DNA from: Squalus acanthias | Taxonomy: Eukaryota | Reading direction: 5' to 3' | DNA length: 64,000 nt | Assembly: GCA_030390025.1 (NCBI GenBank) | Contig: CM059432.1 | Location: 61,506,001-61,570,000, forward strand | Shown here: positions 36,603 to 47,079 of the stretch, in pieces | Numbering within the stretch: the first letter of the stretch is position 1 | How the letters are laid out: each line of letters starts with the position of its first letter | Notes under the pieces: generated by a model | The model's database searches: none | Told to the model about the DNA's origin: nothing | Seen by the model: only the letters and a program-made list of their open reading frames with translations | Position numbers and translations under genes: made by a program

Positions 36603-37132
36603 AAAGTATTTGTTTAATTTCTCTGCCATTTCCTTATTCCCCATTATAATTTCTCCTGTCTCAGCCTGTAAGGGACCCACATTTACTTTTGCTAATCTTT
36701 CCCTTTCCCTATAGAAGCTTTTACAGCCTGATTTTATGTCTCTTGCTAGTTTACTCTCCTATTCTATTTTCCCTTTCTTTATCAATTTCTTGGTCCTCCT
36801 TTGCTGAATTCTAAAATCCTCCCAATCCTCAGGCTTACTACTCTTTTTGGCAACATTATAAGCCTCTTCCTTTGATCTAATACTATCTTTAACTTCTCTT
36901 GTTAGCCACAGTTGGACCACTTTTCCTGTGGGGTTTTTGTGCCTTAAAGGAATGTATATTTGTTGTAAATTATGTATTAATTCTTTAAATGCTAGCCATT
37001 GCTTGTCTACTGTCATACCTTTTAATGTAGTTTCCCAATCTATCTTAGCCAACTCACCCCTCATACCCACGTAGTTTGCTTTGTTTAGATTTAAGACCCT
37101 AGTTTCGGATTTAACTAAATCACTTTCAAACT

Positions 37133-37891
37133 GGGCCAGAAATTCGGGTCTCCACGGGTGAGTACGTGCTGTGTACTCACCCGTAGACCCAACGAAAGTG
37201 CCGGTTTCGCGCATGCACTGCGCATGCGCTGGAAACCGGAACTTCCATTCCCTTGAAGGAAGGGGTTTGGAGGTCAAACGCGTGCGCCGGAGAGGCAGCA
37301 CGCACGCATCGGACTTCCGTTTTTTTCTTCAGGTTTCTGTGTGAGGGTAAGTCCCCAGCAGTTGCGCGGGGAAAAAGCAGGCGCAAGGCCTGCTTTTAAC
37401 AAGGTAAGTGGTGAATTAAGTAAAATTTAAACATTTTTTCCACAGGTTTATCTTTTTTAAATACTTTAAAGAAAGGTAAGTTTATTTTTAGCCCCATTAA
37501 AAACTGTAATTAATTTTTTCAAAAATTTTAATTTTTGTGTAAAATAGTTAATTTATGTAATTTATAGTTATTTTAAAAATGTGATGGTTTTTAAAAAAAT
37601 TTATTTGAAGTTTTAGTTAGGTTTTGGGGCCGATCTCTATTCATAGATTTGACAGGTCTTCCTGTCAAATCTATGAATGGAGATTCCCTGCTCCGATTGG
37701 CTCTCTATGGCCCACGTGATCCCAGGGGACGCTTCGAACTAACTGCGCCGCTGGGATACGCAAGCACTGCACACCGGCAGCTTGAGGAGGCCCAGGATCA
37801 GAATCCCACGCGGGCCAACGGCAGGCACGCTAGGTAAGTGCAGGTTGGGGGCTTGCACACGCGGGACGCCTCCGACCCAAATTTCTGGCCC
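37133..37891 (+). mobile_element. Harbinger-type hairpin MITE
   Basis: Perfect TIR GGGCCAGAAATT / AATTTCTGGCCC interrupting CR1 ORF2. TSD not clean. Confidence 0.85.
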
Positions 37892-40125
37892 AACATAAAA
37901 TTCTATCATATTATGGTCACTCTTCCCTTAAGGAACCTTTACTACAAGGTTATTAATTAACCCTTTCTCATTGCACAATACTAGATCTAAAATAGCCTGT
38001 TCCCTAGTTGGTTCCTCAACATACTGATCTAGAAAACTATCTTGCATACATTCCATGAATTCGGCCTCCACACTATTACTGCAAATTTGGTTTGCCTAGT
38101 CTATATGTAGATTAAAGTCCCCCATGATTACTATATTACCCTTGTTACATGCGCCTCTACTTTCCTGATTTATACTCTGCCCTGAATTACAACTACTGTT
38201 TGGGGGCCTATAAACCACTCCCACCAATGTTTTCTGCTCCTTGCTGTTTCTTAGCTCCACCCAAACGGATTCTACGTCTTGATTTTCAGAGCTAAGATCC
38301 TTTCTCTCTACTGTCTTTATTATCAGGGTTACTCCTCCTCCTTTTCCATTTTGCCTATCTTCTCTAAAAAATTAAGTATCCTGGAATATTTAGTTCCCAA
38401 CCTTGGCACTTTGCAACCACGTCTCCGTTATGGTTATTAGATCAAACCTGTTAATTTATACCTGCATATTAATTAATCTATTTTGTTGTGAATGCTCCGC
38501 GCATTCATATATAGTGCCTTTAGCTTTGACTTATTTCTATTTTTCCCTGATGTCACCTTAGTCACTGATGCCTTATTACCTTTGTTACTCTCTCTGTCCC
38601 TTCCTGACCCACTCTGCTTATTTTTACCCAAAACTCTACTCTGCTCTAGAGCCTTGACATTTCTCTCGCTGCTTTTGAATTTACTCTTTCCTGAATCCTC
38701 CCACCCCCTCCTTCATTAGTTTAAAGCCCTGTCTACTGCCCTAGTTATTCAGTTCGCCAGGACACTGGTCCCAGCCCGGTTTAAGTGGAGCCCGTCCCAA
38801 CGGAACAGCTTCCTGCTTCCCCAGTACTGGTGCCAGTGCCCCATGAACTTAAACCACTTCCTCCCACACCACTCTTTGAGCCACGCATTTAAACCTCTAA
38901 TCTGTTTGTCCCTATGCCAATTTGCGCACAGCGCAGGTAACAATCCAGAGATTATTACTTTCGAGGTTCTGCTTTTTAATTTGGATCCTAGCTCCTCAAA
39001 CTCCCTCAGCAGAACCTCATTCCTAGATCTACCTATGTCGTTGTTTCCTAAGTGGACCACGACAACTGGATTCCCCCCCTCCCACTCCAAGTTCTTCTCC
39101 AGCCGCAATGAGATGTCTTTAACCCTGGCACCGGGCAGGCAACACATCCTTTGGAACTCTCGGTCGTGGCTGCAGAGAAAAGTATCTATCCCCCTGACTA
39201 TACTGTCCCCTACCATAACTACATTCCCTTTCACTCTCCCCACTTGAAAGGCCTGCTGCACCATGGTGCCATGGTCAGGTTGCTCATCCATCCTGCAGGC
39301 TTTTCCCTCATCCACGCAGGCAGCAAGAATCTCATACCTGTTGGACAAGGGCAAAGGCTGAGGCTCCTCCAGCACTGCACCTGGGGTCCCCTTACCTGCC
39401 TGAGTTGCAGTCACATCCTCCTGTCCCTGACCACTAACCAGACCTGTACCACTACCTAACCTAAGGGGTGTGACTGCCTCCTGGATCAAAGTGTCCAGGA
39501 AGCAGTCAGGATGGACTTCCCCATCTCCTACAGTAGGCTTGAATTTAACCCCCCACACCTGACGATAATGGAACATACGGGGGATGAGTGGGGGGAGGAG
39601 TGAATATCCCAGCAGTGAGTACTCACGTCAATCACACCGCACTTGCGCTCTGTGCCATTGAACAGGTGCATTTTGGGCAGCGTCGCCAGTTCCCGCTCCA
39701 GGTAGGCTTAGTGCCTTATTAAAATGTGAAAGTCATTAAAATGTCATGAACAGGTACAGAAAATAATCAAAAAGGCTAATGGAATGCTGGCCTTTATATC
39801 TGGAGGACTAGAATACAAGGGGGTAGCAGTTATGCTGCAATTATACAAAACCCTGGTTGGACCACACCTGGAGTACTGTGAGCAGTTCTGGGCACCACAC
39901 ACCTTCGAAAGGATATATTGGCCTTGGAGGGAGTGCAGTGTAGGTTTACCAGAATGATACCCAGACTTCAAGGGTTAAATTACAAGGAGAGATTACACAA
40001 ATTAGTGTTGTATTCCCTAGAATTAAGGGGTGATCTGATCGAAGTTTTCAAGATATTAAGGGGAACAGATAGGGTAGATAGAGAGAAACTATTTCCGCTG
40101 GTTGGGGATTCCAGGACTAGGGGCC

Positions 40126-43100
40126 ATAGAATCATAGAATGGTTACAGCATGGAAGAAGGCCATTCAGCCCATTGAGCCCATGCCGGCTCTCTCCAAGAG
40201 CACTTCAGCTAGTCCCACTCCCCCGCACTTTCCCCGTAGCCTTGCAAAATTTTTTCCTTCAGATACTTATCCAACTCCCTTTTGAAAGCCGTGATTGAGT
40301 CTGCCTCCACCACCCTTTCAGGCGGTGCATTCTAGATCATAACCATTCGCTGAGTAAAAAAGTTTTCCCTCATGTCACCTTTGGTTCTTCTGCCAATCAC
40401 CTTAAATTTGTGTCTTCTGGTTCTTGACTCTTCTGCCAATGAGAACAGTTTCCCTCTATCTACTCTGTCCAGACCCCTCATGATTTTGAACACCTCTATC
40501 AAATCTCCTCTCAATCTTCTCTGCTCCAAGGAGAACAACCCCAGTTTGTCCACTCTATTCACGTAACTGAAGTCCCTCATCCCTGGAATCATTCTCAAAT
40601 CTTCTTTCCACCCTCTCTAAGGCCTTCATATCCTTCCTAAAGTTCGGTGCCCAGAATTGGACACAATACTCCAGTTGAGGCCGAACCAGTGTTTTGTACA
40701 GGTTCATCAAAATTTCCACGCTTTTGTACTCTATACCTCTAATCATGAAGCCCAGGATCCCGTAAGCTTTTTTAACTTCTTTCTCAACCTGCCCTGCCGC
40801 CTTCAACGATTTGTGCACATATATCCCTAGGTCTCTCTGTTCATGCACCCTCTTTAGGATTGTACCCTTTAGTTGATATTTCCTCTTTTATTCTTTCTAC
40901 CAAAATGTATCACTTTGCACTTTTCTGCATTAAATTTCAGCTGCCACCAGCCTGTCTATGACCTCTTGAAGTCTATCACTCTCCTCCTCACTGTTCACTG
41001 TACTTCTAAGTTTTGTGTCATCTGCAAATTTTGAAATTGTGCCCTGTACACCCACATCCAAGTCATTAATATGTATCAAGAAAAGCAGTGGTCCTAGAAC
41101 TGACCCCTGGGGAACACCACTGTATACCTTCCTCCAGTCTGAAAAACAACCGTTCACCACTACTCTCTGTTTCCTGTCACTTAGCCAATTTCATCTCTGT
41201 GCTGCTACTGTCCCTTTTATTCCATGAGTTTCAACTTTGCTGGCAAGCCTATATATGTGGCACTTTGTCGAACACCTTTTGGAAATCCATGTACACCACG
41301 TCAGTCGCATTGCCCTCATCAACCCCTCTTTGTTACCTCATCAAAAAACTCGATCAAGTTGCCTTTAACAAATCCGTGCTGGCTTTCATTATTTAATCCA
41401 CACTTGTCCAAGTGACTGTTAATTTTATCCCTGATTATTGTTTCTAAAGGCTTCCCCACTACCGAGGTTAAACTGACTGGCCTGTAGTTGCTGGGTTTAC
41501 CTTTACACCCTTTTATGAACAAGGGTGTAATATTTGCAGTTCTCCAGTCCTCTGGCACCACCCCCGTTTCTAAGGAGGATTGGAAGATTATGGCCAGTAC
41601 CTCCGTGATTTCTTCCTTCACTTCCTTCAGCGTCCCATCTGATCTTGGTGACTTATCTACTTTAAGTACAACCAGCCTTTCTAGTACCTACTCTATATCA
41701 ATTTTTATCCCATCCAGTATCTCCTCTACCTCCTCCTTCACTATGTCTATGGCAGCATCTTCTTCCTTGGTGAAGACAGATGCAAAGTACTCATTTAGCA
41801 TCTCAGCCATGCCCTCTGTCTCCATGCGTAGGTCTCCTTTTTGGTCTCTAATTGGTCCCACCCCTCCTCTTACTACCCGTTTACTATTTATATGCCTATA
41901 GAAGACTTTTGGATTACCTTTTATGTTAGCTGCCCCCCTTATTTTCTTTTTCACTTCTCCTGAGAACTTTCTATATTTAGCCTGATTGTCAGATGAATTC
42001 TCGACCTGACATCTGTCATACGCGCTCTTTTTCTGCTTCATCTTACTCTCTATCTCTTTCATCATCCAGGGTGCTCTGATTTTAGTTGCCCTACCTTTCC
42101 CCCTAGTGGGAATGTACCTCGACTGTACCCGAACTATTTCCTCTTTAAAGCCAGCCATTCTTCCATTACAGTTTTGCCTGCCAATCTTTGATTCCAATCT
42201 CCAGATCAGTTCTCATCCCACTGAAATTGGCCTTCCTCCAATTAAATATTTTTACTCTAGATTGCTCCCTGTCCTTTTCCAAAGTTAATCTAAACCTTAT
42301 GATACTATGATCACTGTTCCCTAAATGTTTACCTACTGACACTTGCTCCACTTGACTGACCTCATTCCCCAGAACCAGATCTTCAGCAATGAGAGATTGT
42401 GTGGAATGGGCCTATACTCTCCGGAGTTTAGAGGAATGAGAGGTAATCTCATTGAAACTTACAAGATTCTGAAGGGGATTGACAGGGTAGATGCTGAGAG
42501 GTTGTTTCCCCTGGCTGGAGTGTCTAGAACGATGGGGCTTAGTCTCAGGATAAGGGGTAGGCCATTTAAGACTGAGATGAGGAAGAATTTCTTCACTCAG
42601 AGGGTTGTGAATCTTTGGAATTCTCTGCCCAAGAGGGCTGTGAATGCTGAGTCTTTGAGTATATTCAAGGCTGAGATAAATAGATTTTTGGACTCTAGGG
42701 GAATCGAGGGATATGGAGATCGGGCGGGAAATTAGAGTTGATGCCGATGATCAGCCATGATCTTATAGGCTCGAGGGGCCGTACGGCCTACTCCTGCTCT
42801 TACTTCTTATGTTCTTAATGCTTCCTTCCTCGTTGGGCCAGAAACATACTGATCAAGAAAGTTCTCCTGAATACACTTCAGAAATTCTTCCCCCTCTCTG
42901 TCCTTTACACTATTACTATCCCAGTCTATATTAGGATAGTTGAAGTCCCCCATTATCACTACTCTATAGTTCTTGCATCTCTCTGTAATTTCTCTGCAAA
43001 TTTGCTCCTCCATCTTTTTCCCACAAGTTGGTGGCCTATAGAATACACCTAGTAGTGTAATGGCACCTCTATTACTTCTTAACCCTAGCCATATAGATTC

Positions 43101-44661
43101 TATTCTTGACCCCTCCTGGACATCCTCTCTCTCCAGCACTGTAACATTCTCCTTAACCAATACTGCCACACCACCTCCTATCTTTCCTTCCCTATCTTTC
43201 CTGAACACCTTATATCCAGGAATATTTAATACCTAATCCTGCCTTTTTTTGAGCCAGGTCTCCGTTATTTCCACAACTTCATATTCCCATGTGGCTATTT
43301 GTGTCTGCAGTTCACATACATACACTGTAAACCTATCTTAGACCATCCTGTGTTCTCTTTTAGTCTGACCCCACCTAATACCTTATTATTTCTTACTTTA
43401 GTGCTAGCCGTCTCTCCCAATCCTTTGTGCCCTTTGTTTCTAATGCTACATCCTAGTACCCATCCCCCTACCAACTTAATTTAAACCCTCCCCAACAGCA
43501 CTAGCAAACCTCCCTGCAAGGATATTGGTCCCGGCTCTGTTGAGGTGCAACCCATCCGGCCTGTACAGGTCCCACCTCCCCCAGAACCGGCTCCAATGCC
43601 CCTGGAATCTAATGCCCTCCCTCCTGCACCATCTCACCAGCCGCGCATTCACTGCTCTATCATCACTCGCGCGTGGCACCCTTTGAGGTCCTGCTTTTTA
43701 ATCTCTTTCCTAGTTCCCTGAAATCTGCCTGCAGGACCTCATCCCTCTTTCTGCCTATGTCGTTGGTACCGATATGGACAACAACCTCTGGCTGTTCACC
43801 CTCCCCCCTCAGAATGTCCTGCAGCCGCTCAGTGACATCCTTAACTGTGGCACCAGGGAGGCAATATACCATCCTGGAGTCACGTCTGCGGCCACATAAA
43901 TGCCTGTCTGCTCACCTAACTATCGAATCCCCTACCACTATTTCTTTCCCTATCTTCCTCCTCTCCCCCTGTACAGCTGAGCCACTAGTGGTGCCATGGA
44001 CTTGGCTCTGGCTGTACTTCCCAGAGGAACCATAGCCCTCACCAGTACTCAACAGAATACTGGTTGGAGAGCGAGATGCACTCAGGGTACTCCTGCACTA
44101 CCTGCCTGGTGGTCCTCTTCTGTCTGGCGGTCACCCATTTCCTGTCTGCCTGCACACTCCTTAGCTGCGGGGTGACCACCTCCTGAAATGTGCTATCCAC
44201 GTAGCTCTCGGCCTCGCGGATGCGCTGAATGATGCCAGCTGCTGCTCAAGCTCCGAAACCCGGAGCTTGAGCTCCTCCAGCTGACGACACTTCCTGCACA
44301 CGTGGTTGTCCAGGACATGGGAAGCATCCTGGAGTCCCCACATGGCACAGGATGCACATTCCGCAGGACTGAGCCTCCCTGCCATGCCTTTATTTATTTG
44401 ACTATGAACTAACTTTACAGAAACTTAACACTACCATGTACCTAATTCAAGTTATTAATATAATATATTATTAACAGTTACTAATTTAATGTAATATTAA
44501 CAGTTACTTTACTTTGACGTCAGTCTTTCAAATTCTGCCTGTGTTGAGTTGCTCTGCTCTGGTCCGCTCCTTCTGGTCTCGGGCCTGCTCTCGCCGCGCT
44601 CTTTAACCCCGCTCAGCTCTCGATCTGCTCCTGCTCAGGTCCGCTCCTTCTGAAGATCCGC
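40126..44661 (-). mobile_element. Near full-length CR1 LINE (5' UTR, ORF1 from 44385, ORF2, ATTCTATG tail), decayed
   Basis: ORFs 44161-44385 (CASC..HVCRKC), 43663-43872 (HIGTND), 43476-43679 (DGLH), 42807-43208 (endonuclease), 40332-42197 (RT pieces). Confidence 0.92.
42392..42816 (+). mobile_element. Short CR1 3' fragment inserted in the 40126-44661 CR1
   Basis: ORF2 C-terminus (RGNLIETYKI..FFTQRVVNLWNSLP), TTCTTATG tail, AATG TSD (42388-91, 42817-20). Confidence 0.88.
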
Positions 44662-44836
44662 TAGTTTAAAGATTAGAGCCAGATCTTTTGGGAGTGAAAT
44701 TAGGAAACACTTCTACACACAACAGGTGATAGAAGTTTGGAACTCTCTTCCGCAAGCGACAATTGATGCAAGATCAATTGTTACTTTTAAATGGGAGATA
44801 GATAGATTTTTGTTAACCAGAGGTATTAAGGAATAT

Positions 44837-45386
44837 CCACCATCTACAAGGCACAAGTAAGGAGTGTGCTGGAATACTCTCTACTTGCCTGGATGAGTGC
44901 AGCACCAACAACACTCCAGAAGCTCGACACCATCCAGGACAAAGCAGCCCGCTTGATTGGCACCCCATCCACCACCTTAAACATTCACTCCCTCCACCAC
45001 CAGCGTACCATGGCTGCAGTGTGTACCAGCTACAAGATACACTGCAGCAACTCGCCAAGGCTTCTTCGGCAGCACCTCCCAAACCCATGACCTCTACCAC
45101 CTGGAAGGACAAAGGCAGCAGGCGCATGGGAACACCACCACCTCCAAGTTCCCCTCCAAGTCACACACCGTCCTCACTTGGAAGTATATCGCCATTCCTT
45201 CATCGTCGCTGGGTCAAAGTCCTGCAGCTCCCTCCCTAACAACACTGTGGGAGTACCTTCACCGCACGAACTGCAGCGGTTCAAGAAGGCAGCTCACCAC
45301 CACCTTCTCGAGGACAATTAGGGTTGGGCAATAAATGCTGGTCTTGCCAGCAACGCCCAGATCCCATGAACGAATTTAAAAAAAAA
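44837..45386 (+). mobile_element. CR1/L2-group LINE 3' fragment (distinct family, A-rich tail)
   Basis: YKAQVRSVLEYS..LDTIQDKAARLI..HSLHHQR; 3' end GGGCAATAAATGCTGG.CTTGCCAGC..ATCCCATGAACGAA(A)n; AATAT TSD. Confidence 0.82.
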
Positions 45387-46951
45387 AATATGGGCCAAAG
45401 GAGTTTGGTCACAGATCAGCCATGATCTCATTGAATGGCAGAACAGGCTCGAGGGGCTAAATGGCCTACTCCTGTTCCTATGTTCTTATGTTAAGTCAGG
45501 GTCCGATGACATCATTTGGACTCCAAAGCTATTTTAACCTGAGGCTGCAGGAGGAGTACACTGTGCTGAATACAGATTCTGCTGCAACATGGATTCGAAG
45601 TTTTGAGAAGGGAAGAACAAAGTTGTGTGATACCTTACTTCGGTAAATTTGCTGGATTACCTTACTGGTTAGCCACAAACCTGTTAAGACTGCAGCAGCA
45701 CTCCAGTAACCACCCAAAAAAACTACACACTTCACGTCTTACACTACCTGTAAGCAATGCCACGGAAGATCCACTAGTTTTAAAAATATTTTCAGATAGG
45801 CTAGTAGGTTTTGACATGGTCTTGTGAAATAACATGCATAACTAAACAACAGATTTTTTATTAAACATGTTAACAACAGGCCAAAATAAATGAGTAAACA
45901 GATTAGCTTATAATTTATTCAGGTTTGTCCAACCTCACCATGGATACTAAGTGAAAGAAGGCTGTTAGGTGAAAGCAGAGGGCTTTTCAAAGATCCTTGA
46001 AACCTTTTCAAAGCTAGCAAGTGCTACTGCAAAGGTAGATTATGAGGTCAAGATGGTCATTAGGAAGATGAAGTGAGACTAGAGGATTGTATTCATCCTT
46101 AAGGGCAGCAATTACACAAAAACTATCTTAGACTTCAGGCAGTGGAAACACAATTTATCAGTCATAGTCAAAAGGGTTCCTAGAGGCTAGTACCAATAAT
46201 TGACAATACTGGTACTCTCCAATAAACAAATGAGGGCATCCTTTGGTATCTTGAGAGTCCATAATATACTGAGCTGTTACTTGACCCAACAGGCCATAAA
46301 AAGCACACATTTGGCGGAAGGTTGGAAAAGCTGATGGTGTATGCTGAAGGCCTTAATGAACCAGTTTGCTGGGAGGAAATCCATTGCACACTACATTGTC
46401 CAGGTAATCACAGGGCAGCATGCTATTCATGCAGAATTCCTAAAGGCTACTTTAGTTTGGGAGCAGTAAAGGGGAATGATAATGATCTTGGAAAAAGTAT
46501 CAGAAACTGTTGGCTATCCTTGTAGCTCTCCTTCTGAGGCTGGTGAAGATGATTTTGTTTAGTGCACACCTACGGGAGAATTTCTGTGGTTTACAGGCTG
46601 TGGTTTTGGTGTGTACACTCAGTACATTGGGGCAGTAATTGCTACCGCTTCAACTTCTCCAGTAAAAAATACCGCCAGAATTCTCCTCCAGAAATACTGC
46701 CATTCCTCTTTAATGCCGACCAGGAACCCATCCTGCTACATTTAAATGGGGTCAAGAAAGCATAGCTAACCTCCCCACTTCATTTTCCTCCAACTTCCTC
46801 CCTGAACCCAATCCGAGGTATTACCGCCACTATCTAATTGGTGGTATGAGCAGCACAGTAGTATCCCTGATGTGGATATTGCATGGAAGAGGCCATTTTG
46901 TTTACTGGAGCTGAAAGTTTGTCTTACTTTGCTGATATATTGATTTAAACT

Positions 46952-47057
46952 CCCCAGTTCTGACGAAGGGTCTCGGACCTGAAACGTTAACTCTGTTTTT
47001 CTCTCTCCATGGATGCTGCCTGACCTGCTGAATGTTTCCAGCATTTTCTGTTGTTAT
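46952..47057 (+). ncRNA. Penelope-type short retroposed repeat containing a minimal type I hammerhead ribozyme
   Basis: CTGACGA (46960-66), short stem-loop, GAAA (46981-84), CGTT; AGTT/AACT stem I. 14-bp TSD TATTGATTTAAACT at 46938-51 and 47058-71. Confidence 0.72.
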
Positions 47058-47079
47058 TATTGATTTAAACTGTTTGGTG

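Larger units (their letters stand above)
31077..39500 (-). mobile_element. CR1 LINE (ORF1 esterase part to 3' tail), split into 31077-32086, 35307-35876, 36603-37132 and 37892-39500
   Basis: (TTCTTATG)n tail at 31077; RT ORFs 31172-32075; ORF 38749-39576 with GDSIVRG/HLGNND/DGLH. The segments rejoin across TSD-flanked insertions. Confidence 0.9.
39736..45492 (+). mobile_element. 5'-truncated CR1 (same family as 23970-28314), split into 39736-40128, 44662-44836 and 45387-45492
   Basis: Segments are collinear with about 27640-28314. AAGTCA TSD at 39730-35 and 45493-98. Confidence 0.88.

Noticed and set aside
38749..39576. Stand-alone SGNH/GDSL esterase gene
   Set aside because: It is CR1 ORF1 (an established feature) directly upstream of ORF2. 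The N-terminal part of the ORF is read-through from flanking DNA.
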